64,000 bases of DNA from the human T2T-CHM13v2.0 reference genome, Homo sapiens: the NCBI RefSeq assembly GCF_009914755.1, contig NC_060938.1. One strand, 5' to 3'. A program made the position numbers and the translations under genes. Below are positions 14,481 through 36,150 of this stretch, piece by piece; the stretch's first letter is position 1, and each line of letters opens with the position of its first letter. A model generated the notes under the pieces. The model saw only the letters and a program-made list of their open reading frames with translations. It made no database searches and was not told where the DNA came from.

Positions 14481-14920
14481 GCCTCCATCTCCTCCAACTC
14501 CCACCCCATTTATTCCTGTAACAAATCCCTACCGGGAGCTGGCACAGCAGCTGTGCGCTGGGGACACACGAGATGCTCACCCTCCCTGCCCTCCAGGAGC
14601 TTGGACTCAGCTGAGGTCTGCAGGGGCCAGCAGGAGCAGGGCCGAGGGCCCTGGTGGGAAGGTCGTGGCCCACTAGGGAAGGCTGGGCCCGGGGGGTCAG
14701 GTGGAGGGCAGGCTGAGCTGCGAGCTGTGTCTTCAGCCTGCAGCAAGGCCACCACTCCCAGCGCCTGGCCTCCTCGCTCCCGAAAGCTCAGCTCAGCCTA
14801 CATGTGCCGACCCCTCTGTCCCCCAGGCCCAGGTTGGGCACTGGTCAGGACGGTGCTCCCAGAGGGACCCAGTAACAGGAGGAGCTAGGGTGAGAGCATG
14901 AGGGTGGGGGGAGCGGCAGA

Positions 14921-15010
14921 GAGGAGGGAGAGGCAGGAGGTGCTCAGGGCAGGAGTGTCTGGAGTGAGGAGGGAGAGGCAGGAGGTGCTCAGGGCAGGAG
15001 TGTCTCGAGT
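14921..15010. repeat. 45-bp tandem duplication at the edge of an L2 fragment (L2 about 15010-15250)
   Basis: gaggagggagaggcaggaggtgctcagggcaggagtgtct(g/c)gagt x2; L2-like gggcattccaggcagaggg and ggggagccattggag follow. Confidence 0.85.
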
Positions 15011-15281
15011 GGGTCTGGACAGGAACAGGAAGGGCATTCCAGGCAGAGGGGCCCAAAGAAGCAAAGGTGCACCAGGGAGAAATGCCCGCTGTGCTCCACC
15101 ACAGTGGAGGTGCAAACCTCAGCATGGAAGATGAGGCTGGAGGGAGGGGCCTGGGCTGGAACATGGCCAGGATGGCAGTGGGGAGCCATTGGAGATGTTT
15201 GAGCCGGGGAGTGACAGGGTCAGATTCGAGTTTTGGAAAGATAACATCTTGAGCCATTAAACAGATTTCTAGGATTTCAGG

Positions 15282-15537
15282 TTTATTTATTTATTTATTT
15301 AGAGACTCACTTCACTCTGTTACCCAGGCTGTAGTGCAGTGGTGCGATCTCTGCTCACTGCAATCACTCAAGGCCAAGTGATTCTCATGCCTCAGCCTCC
15401 TGAGTAGCTGGGACTACAGGCGTGCACCACCATGCCCAGCTAATTTTTGTATTTTTAGTAGAGGCGGGGTTTCGCCATGTTGGCCAGGCTGGTCTCGAAT
15501 TCCTGGCTGGGATTACAGGCGTGAGCCACCACGCCCT
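15282..15537 (-). mobile_element. Alu with internal deletions
   Basis: Antisense Alu consensus. Confidence 0.88.
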
Positions 15538-16464
15538 GCTGGATTTTGGATTCTTGATACGTATCATCAACCACTCTCCAGAGTTTGGCCAGCTTCACGC
15601 TCCATCAGTGGTCTCACCATAGACCTTCTAATCTTGATTGTGTTGGCTGGTGTCTATTTTCTAATGGTGTTTGGTTTTGGAACCTGCATTTCTTTGAAAA
15701 AGAGTGAGCATGTGCATTTTCCCAGATGCCTGGTATCCAACTGCACTTCTCCATGTGTGCATTGTCCCCTGAGCTGGCAAGAAGATCCTACTAGTTGGTC
15801 TGCATGCCATGCCAGCTCGGCCTTGCACCCTGGGGGCCCAGGTAACTAGCTCTCACCAACAGAAAGAGATGTGATGGACATCACCTGAGGCCAGACCCTA
15901 AGACCTCTGTGTGCCCCCTCCGTGTCTCCTGTCTGCAGCTGTTGTCCACACCAAGGGTGGCCTACAGAGGGAAGTGAGGACCTTGGGACTTCCTCCAGGA
16001 CAGCCCTCGCTGTCCAAATCTCCACCTGCTGCAGAGCTGCCTCCAGTCAAGCCCTTGTTTCCAGCTTTCTGTGCCCTAAATAAACTTCTGCTGGGATTGA
16101 GCCATCAGCATTCTGTGGTGGGCGTCGCTGCTGCGAGGTTGCCCTCGTGCACACAAGCTCCTCACAGGTAAAGGTGATCTGCCTGTGGACATACTTGTTA
16201 CAGAAGTTTCCCACCTGCTGTGCGCATCTTGCCTGTGTGCAGTCACCATTCTTTATGCAGTTGGTGCCTCCATCTGCTCCTGTGTGGTTTCTTCTTTTGG
16301 TTCCTTTATTATCTCTCTTTTGGTGCTGTTTCCCAGGGACTTAACTGCTGGAAGTTTGATAAATCCTCAACTCTCAAATTCACCCTTTTCTATAGATTTA
16401 AACAGACATTGAATGTTTCACCTAGCATTGGGGCAGAAGGAAGGTGCAGGCTCGGCCCTTGGCC

Positions 16465-16879
16465 CTTCTCAAGGGTGTGAGATCAATTTGGCCGAGAAGG
16501 GCGCCCTGAACGTCAGGCTGCTTGTCAGGAAGCGCTGCCAGGCCCAGTGAGATGCGGAGATTCGGTTGCGAACACCCGGCCTGAGCCTCGGAGCAGCACT
16601 CCAGGGTGAGCGAGGGCTGTCCCGGAGGAGGACAAATTACACCTTTTCCCCAGTTCCCTCACAACAGGACCATGCCTAGTCCTTGAGGAATCGGGGGAGG
16701 GATGTAATTTGTCCTCCTCCAGGACAGCCCTCGCTCACCCTGGAGTGCTGCTCCGCGGCTCAGGCCGGGTGTTCGCAACCGAATCTCCGCATCTCACTGG
16801 GCCTGGCAGCGCTTCCTGACAAGCAGCCTGACGTTCAGGGCGCCCTTCTCGGCCAAATTGATCTCGCGCCCTTGAGAAG
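16465..16879. repeat. Near-perfect inverted repeat, arms 16465-16641 and 16703-16879
   Basis: 177-bp arms, 173/177 complementary, no gaps; the 61-nt spacer is partly self-complementary. Confidence 0.97.
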
Positions 16880-18959
16880 CTCCAGAATGAGTCTGAGAAG
16901 CCTCACCGGGGCTGATACATCCCTCCAAGGTGGGGGTCGGGAGACTCCCTGGCCAGGGGAGGCCTCCCCTGGGCCAGCTCCAGGCTTTGCCAGGCCCCCT
17001 TGGAGCCTGCACCAGCCGTGCCCACCAGGCACAGGCCAGCACGCACGGAGGCTGGCAGGTCTGTGAGCCCAGGATTAGGGGCCCACAGAGGCAGACCCAG
17101 GGGTCCTGGAGGTCACAGACAAGGCCGTCAGCTTCTCTGAGCCCGTGCAGCCTGGCCCTGGCCCACCAGGCCAGCCCTGTGTGGGTGCGTACACCACCCC
17201 CATCCCGGGGGCCACACCCCACCTGGCTCCCGTCCCATGGCTGCCCCAGGGAGGTCTTCCTCTCTTCTCTGCCCACAATTCACCCTCTCCCTGAGCCCTC
17301 TTCTCTCACCTGGGATCTGATCTTTCCTCCTGGACACTCATGATGCCCACAGCTTGGTCACCAGCTCTGTGCTAGAGATCCTGACAATCCCTAAGCCCCT
17401 TCCCCAGCCTCGGTCTCCCCATCCCGGGAGCAGGGCGGTGATGCCACCCTGTACATGCCTCTGTCCCCAGCCCCGGCTCTTCTCCAAAGTGCGACGCGGG
17501 TATCCAGTGGCCTGGGACCTCCATCTCTCAGAGGCACCCCTCCCCTGGCAGTTCAGGCTCAGGAGCCACCTCTTTCCCTCCGTCTCTGATCAATTCAACC
17601 TCCTAAACGTCTATCCACTCTGAGCCCTACCGGCCCCTACTCCAGTGCTGACTCTTCCTCACCTGTCCCATTCCTGGCTCCCCAACTCACCTTGTCTCCA
17701 TCCTGGCTGCCAAGAGAGCATCTCAAACACACATCTGACATGCCCCCTCCTCTGCTCTGAAGCACACACACCATTGCTCCCCAGTACCCGCAAGATCAAA
17801 CCCAAGCTGTTGTTGTGGCCACAACCTCAATAGAGCCCACACCCCGCCAGGCTATGTCTGGCTATTTACAGGTCCGCCCACCCGGGTTCTGTGCCCCACA
17901 CTGAAACTCAGGTGTTACTGCTTCTGCAAACCCTGTCCTGCCTCTGCCCCCTTCTGAGTCCCACCCAGCTCTACCCCCTCCTTTGTGCCCCCGACCCGGC
18001 CTGTGTCTGCATCAGTTGAGAAGCCCTTGCCTCTCTGGCCTTCCCCGGCTGGGTTTCAGGGCCCTGCCATTTCAGCCCCAAGCCGGAGTCAAATACTGTG
18101 TTTCCCCAAACCACAGCAAGGAGAGCCCTCACCAAGAGCCTGCAGAATGAGATGCTCAGCCCCTGTCTGGGATGCAGCCTCCCAGAGAGGCGGAGTGACT
18201 GGCTTGGTGTCACACAGCACATCCAAGTCCCAGGTAGCTAAACAGAAGGGAGGAGCCCTGGGCCTGTGCCCTTCAAGTCGTCCTGGAAGCTCAAGCTGCC
18301 CTCTGGGCTCAGGGAGCCGACTCCATTCCCTGCAGGTCCAGCCCGTCCCCCTGCCTCCCAACCCTCTACAACACACACACGTACACACACACACCTGAAG
18401 CAGCTTGGTTGAGCCAGGCATTAGACAGGCAGGCTCCAGCACGCCCTGGCATCCTGGCCCAGTGGCTGGGAAGATCCCTGACAGGCCTGGTCAGCACCCG
18501 GCATCTCAGGAGCTCAGGCCCTGGAGGTCTGAACAGAGAGCACCAGCACGGCCCACTGACCTGTGACTGAGCTGTAGGGCCAAGGGGCCAGGGCATCCTG
18601 TCCCTGAACCACGTAGCCCAGCAGGGGAGGGGCTGCCACAGGAAGGCCAGGTCCCAGCATTGCTTATGGGGAGGGCAGAGGGGGCCAGGGCAGCTCAATG
18701 CAGCGCTGGGCCAGCTGGGGTGCAAGGCAGGCCTCGAGGGGCCATGACACCTGCCACGGCCCAGAGCCTCCCCTAGGCCTCCAAACTGCAGGAATGTGAG
18801 CACTGGAACCTGGCAAGCACGGCCAGGGCAATGGTGGGCACCTCCCGCCAGGCCCCTCCACACAGGGCTGAATGGCACTCTCTAGCCCAGTCTTCTGACA
18901 TGGCCTGGAAAGAGATTTCAGGTTGCTTAGTTTTTTGTTTTTGCTTTTTTTCCCCCATA

Positions 18960-20496
<1,537 letters not shown>

Positions 20497-20519
20497 CCAC
20501 CACTCATTCTTAACCTCTT

Positions 20520-20985
20520 CTTCTTTGCCTTTCTCTGTTGCAGAGTCCTGGAAGTTAAATGCTCTATTTCCCAGCCTCCCTTGCAGCTAGGAGCAGTCAT
20601 GTGACTCCATTCTGGCCAACGAGATACAAGAAACACTTGCTGACAGGTGCAATCAGAAAGCGTTTGCTTTTCCAGTAACATGTAGGACCAGTCACCTTTT
20701 TGCATTTCCCCTTTCTTCTTGATTCGAACATTGCATTGCCGTCATGTTTGGAGATGAGTCAGCCATCTTGCAAATAGGAGGCAGCAAGACTGAGGGAAAT
20801 GCCATCCTGCTTCAGAGGGCAGAATGGAAAGAGAAGCCTAAGATGGCAATGGTACGGTTGGGCAGCTGAGTCAGGACTGGGGCCACTGCCTCTCAGTTTC
20901 AAGGGAGAAAAATAAACCCCTGTTTGTTGGCCTCATGCTAGGTTGGATTTTCTTTTACTTAAAGCCAAGACATTTCTAACATACA
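20520..20985. mobile_element. MaLR LTR (MLT1-type)
   Basis: ttcccagcctcccttgcagctagg...catgtgact...tctggccaa, cagccatcttg, aataaacccc. Confidence 0.7.
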
Positions 20986-21124
20986 AAACCAGACACATGT
21001 GCATGCCACACGTACATCACAAGTGATCACATGCTGTCCGACTAGCACCTCGATTTTTCCACTGAACCATCAGTCTTGCAGATCATCCTTTATCAGTGCC
21101 TGGCAACTTGTCTTGCCCTTGTTT

Positions 21125-21433
21125 TCTTGGGTTTTTGTTTTTGTTTTTGTTTAAGACAAGGTCTCATCTGTTGCCCAGGCTGGAGTGCATTGGCACAATC
21201 ATAGCTCACTACAGCCTGGACCTTCTGGGCTCAGCAGTCCTCCGTCCTCAGCCTCCCGAGTAGCTGGTACTAAAGGCATGTGCCACCATGCCCGGCTAAT
21301 TTTCACATGTTCTTTTAGAGACTGGGTCTTGCTTTGTTGCCCAGGCTGGTCTTGAACTCCTGGACTCAAGCAGTCCCCCTGCCTAGGCCTCCCAAACTGC
21401 TGACACTACAGGCATGAGCCACTCCACCCAGCC
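21125..21433 (-). mobile_element. AluJ
   Basis: Alu consensus with J-type diagnostics. Confidence 0.88.
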
Positions 21434-21534
21434 TCGTTTTTGTTAATGGCAGTATACCACCACTCTGGATGTGTAATATGATTTATTTAACCAGCCTCAT
21501 CGACCTTTTGAGTTGTTTCCAAACTCTTTGCTAT

Positions 21535-22006
21535 TGAGGTAGGAAACAGAACTCAACTCTGGAGGTAGGGCTCAGACACTGGACCAAATTGAGGACTAGC
21601 TAAAGCAGGTCCAGGGCAGAGGCACCTCCCTATAAGACACACCCACCAGTGTGCCATGTCAGTTTACCACTACCATGGCAACATCTAGAAGTTATGGCAT
21701 CTTTCCATGGCAATGACCTGGCAACCCAGAAGTTACCACCCTCACCCTAGAAATGTCTGCATAAACTACCCCTTAATTTGCATGTAATTAAAAGTGGGTA
21801 TAAATCTGAGTGCAGAGCTGCCTCTGAGCGCTGCTCTGGGCATACTGCCTGTGGGTGGCCCTGCTCCACAAGGGACAGTTCCTGTGTTGCTGCCATGCAT
21901 GGCTGCTCTGCTATGCACAGCAGCTTGCCTCTGAATTCTTTCCTGGGTGAAGCCAAGAACCCTCCTGGGCTAAGCCCCGATTTGGGGGTGTGCCTGCCCT
22001 GCACCA
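21535..22006 (+). mobile_element. ERV1 solo LTR (MER66/MER41-like), inserted in an L1
   Basis: TG...CA termini, 4-bp TSD ctat/ctgt, TATA-like gggtataaa, MER4-group motifs (aaattgaggactagctaaa; gccaagaaccctcc). Confidence 0.75.
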
Positions 22007-22369
22007 CTGTTATGGACAATGCTACAATGAATAACCTTGCACATACCTCACTTCACACACGAGAACATATCCATAGGATAAGTTCCTCGCAGTGAAGATT
22101 GTTGTCTTATGATGTTCAACCACTGGATCTGAGAACACGATATGCCTTTCATTCTCTCAGGTCTCCTTTCATGTCCCTCAGTGGATTTAAAGTGTTCTTC
22201 TTTTTGATTGTACATGTTTCTTTTTAGGTTTATTCCTAGGTTTTATTTATTTTTTTTTTTGGTGCTGTGGTAAATGAGATATTTTTTCTCATCAATATTC
22301 CTGCTCACAAGTCATTTTTTATGTAGATGAAGGCTAATTATCATGTTACTTTCGTCCCAGCCACAAAAC

Positions 22370-22667
<298 letters not shown>

Positions 22668-23059
22668 CTCCAGCCACAAAACTTAAATATTGTTTGTCAT
22701 AGAAATTAAATTGATTCTCTTGGATTTTCCAAGGACTTAATCATGTCATCTGCAAAAAGTGATATTGTATTTCCTCCTTTGCATTTTTTAAACTTAATTT
22801 CTTTCTCTCTTCCAATTGCAAAAAAAATTAAATAACAGTGATGATAGAAGACACCTTCCTGAGCTTTCACCTTGACAGAGATGCTTCTAGTATCTTCCCC
22901 ATTTGACACAGGAGTAGCTTTGAGGCTGACATAAATGAATGGCAGCACATTGAGAAAGTATTACTGAGAATGCAAGTTGATTCTGGGCACGACGAGTAAT
23001 GAGATTTATACTTAGCCTCCTGCCATAAACAACGATAAAGTTGGGCCAAATGTATAAGG

Positions 23060-26410
<3,351 letters not shown>

Positions 26411-26631
26411 AACTTGAGATAAGGAAAACCGAGGACATCTACAAGCATATTCATTGCAGAAAACCGAAGGCTCAGAGAAGACTAAAGTCATTTGCTGTGG
26501 TTGTAAAATATTTCCTTCTAGTCCTTTCTATGCTTACATAGCCATTGTCAAATTTTTACAAATAAGGGATGGTATCAGAGATATTATTTTATAATGTATA
26601 ATTTTGCTCAATTTACAATTAAGAATAAACA

Positions 26632-28855
<2,224 letters not shown>

Positions 28856-29490
28856 GAAGGCGGCATGTCAAAAAGACACAGAAGCTAGCTTAAAGGCACT
28901 CCCAGTGGCCAAATCTGGGATGATTTGAGCTATAAAATAAATACTGAAAGTTACAATTAGAATGCATTGAATAAATAAGAATTCATGAATCCACACTGAT
29001 AGGTATTAATTACATGACTTATGAGGACTAGGATATTTGCATAGTCTCAATATACCTTCTCACAAAATTCTCAGTAATTACAGAGGGAGAGAGAGCAGCT
29101 TCACATTCTGAGAACTGATCAAGGTGCAGACCGTGTGTAACAGGGCAAAGTGAAATGTGTGTTCACCTGATGGGGTGCCCTGGGAACACAGCCTGTCTTC
29201 TGAGATGTTCCTAACAACAATGTACATCCTGAATCTAACAATGAGGAAACCTCAGGCAGATCCAGACTGAGAAACATCCTACAAAATAACCGGCGTGTGA
29301 TTTTTCCCATGTGTCAAGGACATAAAAGTAAAGGAAATCCTGAAGAACAAATCCAAATGGAAGGAGACTGGAGAGATGGGGCAACCAAATGCAGTGTGGA
29401 GTTCCAGGCGGGATCGTGTGAGGAAAATGATGAAATCTGCAGGGATTTTATCAACTAGAAGGCACTGCTCTATCAGCGTCAGTTTCCTGA

Positions 29491-29805
<315 letters not shown>

Positions 29806-30134
29806 AGTTTCCTGACTTTGAGAGTTGGATTTTTATTATTTAGGAGAATATTCTTGCTCTAACCACACACTAAAGTATCTGAGGGTGATGGGGCATCGGG
29901 TCAGCAACTTACTCTCAAATGGTTCCAGAAACTAAGTTGAAACTTTTCTGTAGGTTTAGGATTGTTTTAAAAATCTGTCCATTTGACTGTATGTAAATTA
30001 CCTCAACAAAATAAAATATGTTAAATTTTATAAAATGCCTCTTCAAGTATCTAAGGAGAGGTTAATAATTTCTGCCTTCTGATTTGTTAATATGGTGAAT
30101 TGTATTAAAATATTCTCCATTAATGAGCCATCCC

Positions 30135-32275
<2,141 letters not shown>

Positions 32276-32454
32276 AGGTTCACATTTAAAAAATGGTCTG
32301 CATCACTTCGTATGCTTAGATTTTTAAATCTCTTCAGAGATCTGCTATAATATTATTATAATCATTCATTATAATATTTTCTGTAAGAATAATGTCATAA
32401 CCAAGGCCTGATTTATTTGCTTGGTGTTCATCAAAATGTGCTCTTGTAATGTAA

Positions 32455-32977
<523 letters not shown>

Positions 32978-33009
32978 GGGAGTGTGTTTAAGAAGTCACG
33001 TGGCACACG

Positions 33010-33760
33010 GGGTGGAAGCAGAGGTAGATGGTCCGCCTGGGTGCTGAAGGCCCTTTCAGAACACAAAGAGAAATTAGGAGAATGGGCAGTGCAGGTTTTT
33101 GGGAAAAGAGCTGGTTTTTGTTGAAAAAGCAGAGGAAACCCCAGACATTGCATGGGTTTAGGCCTTAGCCTCACCACTGTCGAGAGCCTCCTGCCCAGGA
33201 GGGCCAAATTCTAACCTCCAATCTGCTTGGTGAGGACCTTAAGATCCTTTCCACCCTGGCAAGCCACCTGCCAGGGTGAGCTGAGAAATCAGCCAGGGGA
33301 GCAGAGTCACTTATGGCCAAGAGGAATTGTTCTGGGGTTTGGTTAGTAAGCAGGAGAAAGAGGAGAAGAAAACTGCGTATGGGGGTTGAATGCCTCTAGC
33401 AGAAGAAGGTGAGGCATAGAGGCCTCTTACCACTAGGGAACATATTGGAGTCACGCAGCAAAGTATGTTAACAGCAGAAGTTACCCGAGTCACAGAGCAC
33501 CAACATATGCTATTGGTGGCAGGAATCCGAGCTACCGGTGGTGAGTCTGTAGGGGTCTGCAGCAACCTCAATTCTTGCCTCCTCAGAAGAAAGAATTTGA
33601 CTGTGGGGCACAAGGCAGAAGGAGAGACCGAGGCCAGTTTCAGAGCAGAGGCAAAGGTTCATTAAAAAGTTTTAGAGCAGGAAGGAAAGGAAGAAAAGTG
33701 CACTTGGAAGAGGGCCAGGCGGGCGACGTGGAGGGCAAGTGCCTCTTTTCTCTCCTTGAT
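33010..33760 (-). mobile_element. ERV1 (MER50-like) LTR 3' part (33466-33760) plus adjacent internal sequence with a degenerate PBS
   Basis: gggtctgcagcaacctcaattcttgcctcctcagaagaaagaatttgact motif; on minus the LTR end ...taaca is followed by TTGCTGCGTGACTCCAAT. Confidence 0.65.
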
Positions 33761-34164
33761 TGGGTTTTCTCATTGCTTTTCTATTTTATTTTGATTTCAT
33801 CCCCAAATAATTAGCTCCTAGACTTACTTATTTGTTCTAACCAACCTGAGTCCGTTCATTTTTGCTTCTGTCTTTACGATCTGACCCTTTGGGATGTGGT
33901 CGCCCATCATCCCCATGGCAGGCAGGGAGCCGTTTTGACAGCAGCATCTCCCTCTCTCACTCCCACCTGTGGAGGACAGCCTCGGGACTGGCCCAAATGC
34001 CAGCATTTGCTCTCCTGCCTATTTCCCAGGCCGTGGTGAGGGGCTTTTCCTCAGGGTCTTCATGGGGAGAGTCAGGGGATGAGTGCCTCTCTCCTCACTT
34101 TGCACTCCTTCCTCTATGTCATGCCAAGGCACTTCAGCGGCTCAGCCTCCAATGATGGAGGTGA

Positions 34165-34527
<363 letters not shown>

Positions 34528-35673
34528 CACTTCCAGCTTCTTGAACTAAAAATATTGAATTCAGAATCTCTTGTAAATGCACACAGCTCAACAGACTCTA
34601 ATCTTTAAGTTTGTGCTTCCCTCCCAGGTCTAGTGTTTGCAGAAGCCACCCCCCCCACACACACACACCCCCAGTCTTCTAACAATATAAATGACAAATC
34701 TTGCAAACCTTTTGATGTGTAAGCCTTCTTTTCCCAAATTAGGTTTGTGCTGATACCCCTGGGACATGCCGGGATCTGACTGTAATTGCAGGTTTGGAAG
34801 TGGTGAGGTTGGTAGTGGTGGAGTGGGATGGAAATCAGCACCTGCTTGCAAAGTAACCACATCAGGTGAGGTCACAGAGAGGTCTTCAAACAATGCAGGA
34901 CCAGACCCATCAAACAGGGGCTACTTCTCTTGGTGTGATTGTCAGGGTATGCAGCTCATCGCCCCCCTCCTGATTCTGGGGTCCAACACCTTCCCAGTCC
35001 ATGCCCTGATTCTCACAGAAGAGACCTGAGGGAGGGTGAAAGTCCGGTCTACATTGGCATTCAGCAAACCTCCCAATAATGCCCTGAGGCTGACCTGAGG
35101 GCACACCAGACTCAACAGCCTTAAGAGAGAAGAGATTCTTTCAGTGATGATGGAAACCTTGTTCTCTGACCAGGCCTTGAGCTCAGCATTTGAAAAGCCC
35201 AACTGTGTCATCTTGTTTCCTGAGACTCTCCAGTGCAGCTCAGAGCAGCCACCTCAGCCCACAGGCCTGTGCCCCTCCTGCCCGCTGTACTGTGCTGCCA
35301 TCACCAGACCCACACTGCACAGGAGCTTCACTCTAGGTGAGCACAGGTGGTTACTTAATTAACTGTCTCACCAGGTGCCACGGACTCCAAATATCCCTTC
35401 ATCCTCATGGCCCCCAAACCCAACCAGGTCATAGAAACCATCCCAGAATCTCACCCACCAAGGTCTGTTATCTGCAGTCACTTCTGGTGTCAAATACTGT
35501 AGGAGTCAGGATTCAGCTGTGGATAACAAAAACTTATCCTGGCTACTTTGGGTAGAAAGGGATTGAATCAAGGCAGAATGGAGAGAATTAAGGGCACTGT
35601 GACAGCAGGAAGAGCAGGGTTTCAGCTGGGCCTCAGCCACGGCTCTCACAGTGGTACTCCAGAATTGTCCTGC

Positions 35674-36150
35674 TGTGGTAGATTAGAAATGGCCACAGAT
35701 CCTTTGCAGCTCCTGCAGTCAAGAAGTAGATCCATTTCGCCGCCTCCCCCGACCCCCTCATTAGGGACTGACTTGTGACTAGCTTTGACCAAAGAAGGTA
35801 TTGAAAGTAAAGCTCTGGAGCTCCTGCTCTGGTGCTCTTGGAGAGCTGGGACAATGTGAACAAGTATTGGTGAGGCTAAGAAACTGGGTAAGTGTTGAAG
35901 CACCCCAGCCCCAAACCAATCAACTGATAAACCTGTGTGTGATGCCAGTAAGAACCAGCTAGATCCCAGCTGACCCACCGACTAACTACAGAACCAACAG
36001 CTGAGCACAGATGCAAGCGTGAACCCAGCCAAGCCCAGCAGAACCATCCTGCTGAGCCCAGCCCAAATTGTCAACCCACAGAACCATGACCTGAATGCAT
36101 GGTCATTGAGCTTTGGGATGATTCATTACACAGCAAAAAGATATCCAATG
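35674..36150 (+). mobile_element. MaLR LTR (MLT1F/G/H-like)
   Basis: tgtggtagattagaaatggccac start; gctgagcccagcccaaattg...cacagaaccatga...ttacacagca. Confidence 0.7.

Noticed and set aside
16683-17276. ORFs crossing the hairpin's right arm (127 aa plus, 160 aa minus)
   Set aside because: No recognisable homology; the ORF-like text is mirrored by the inverted repeat itself.
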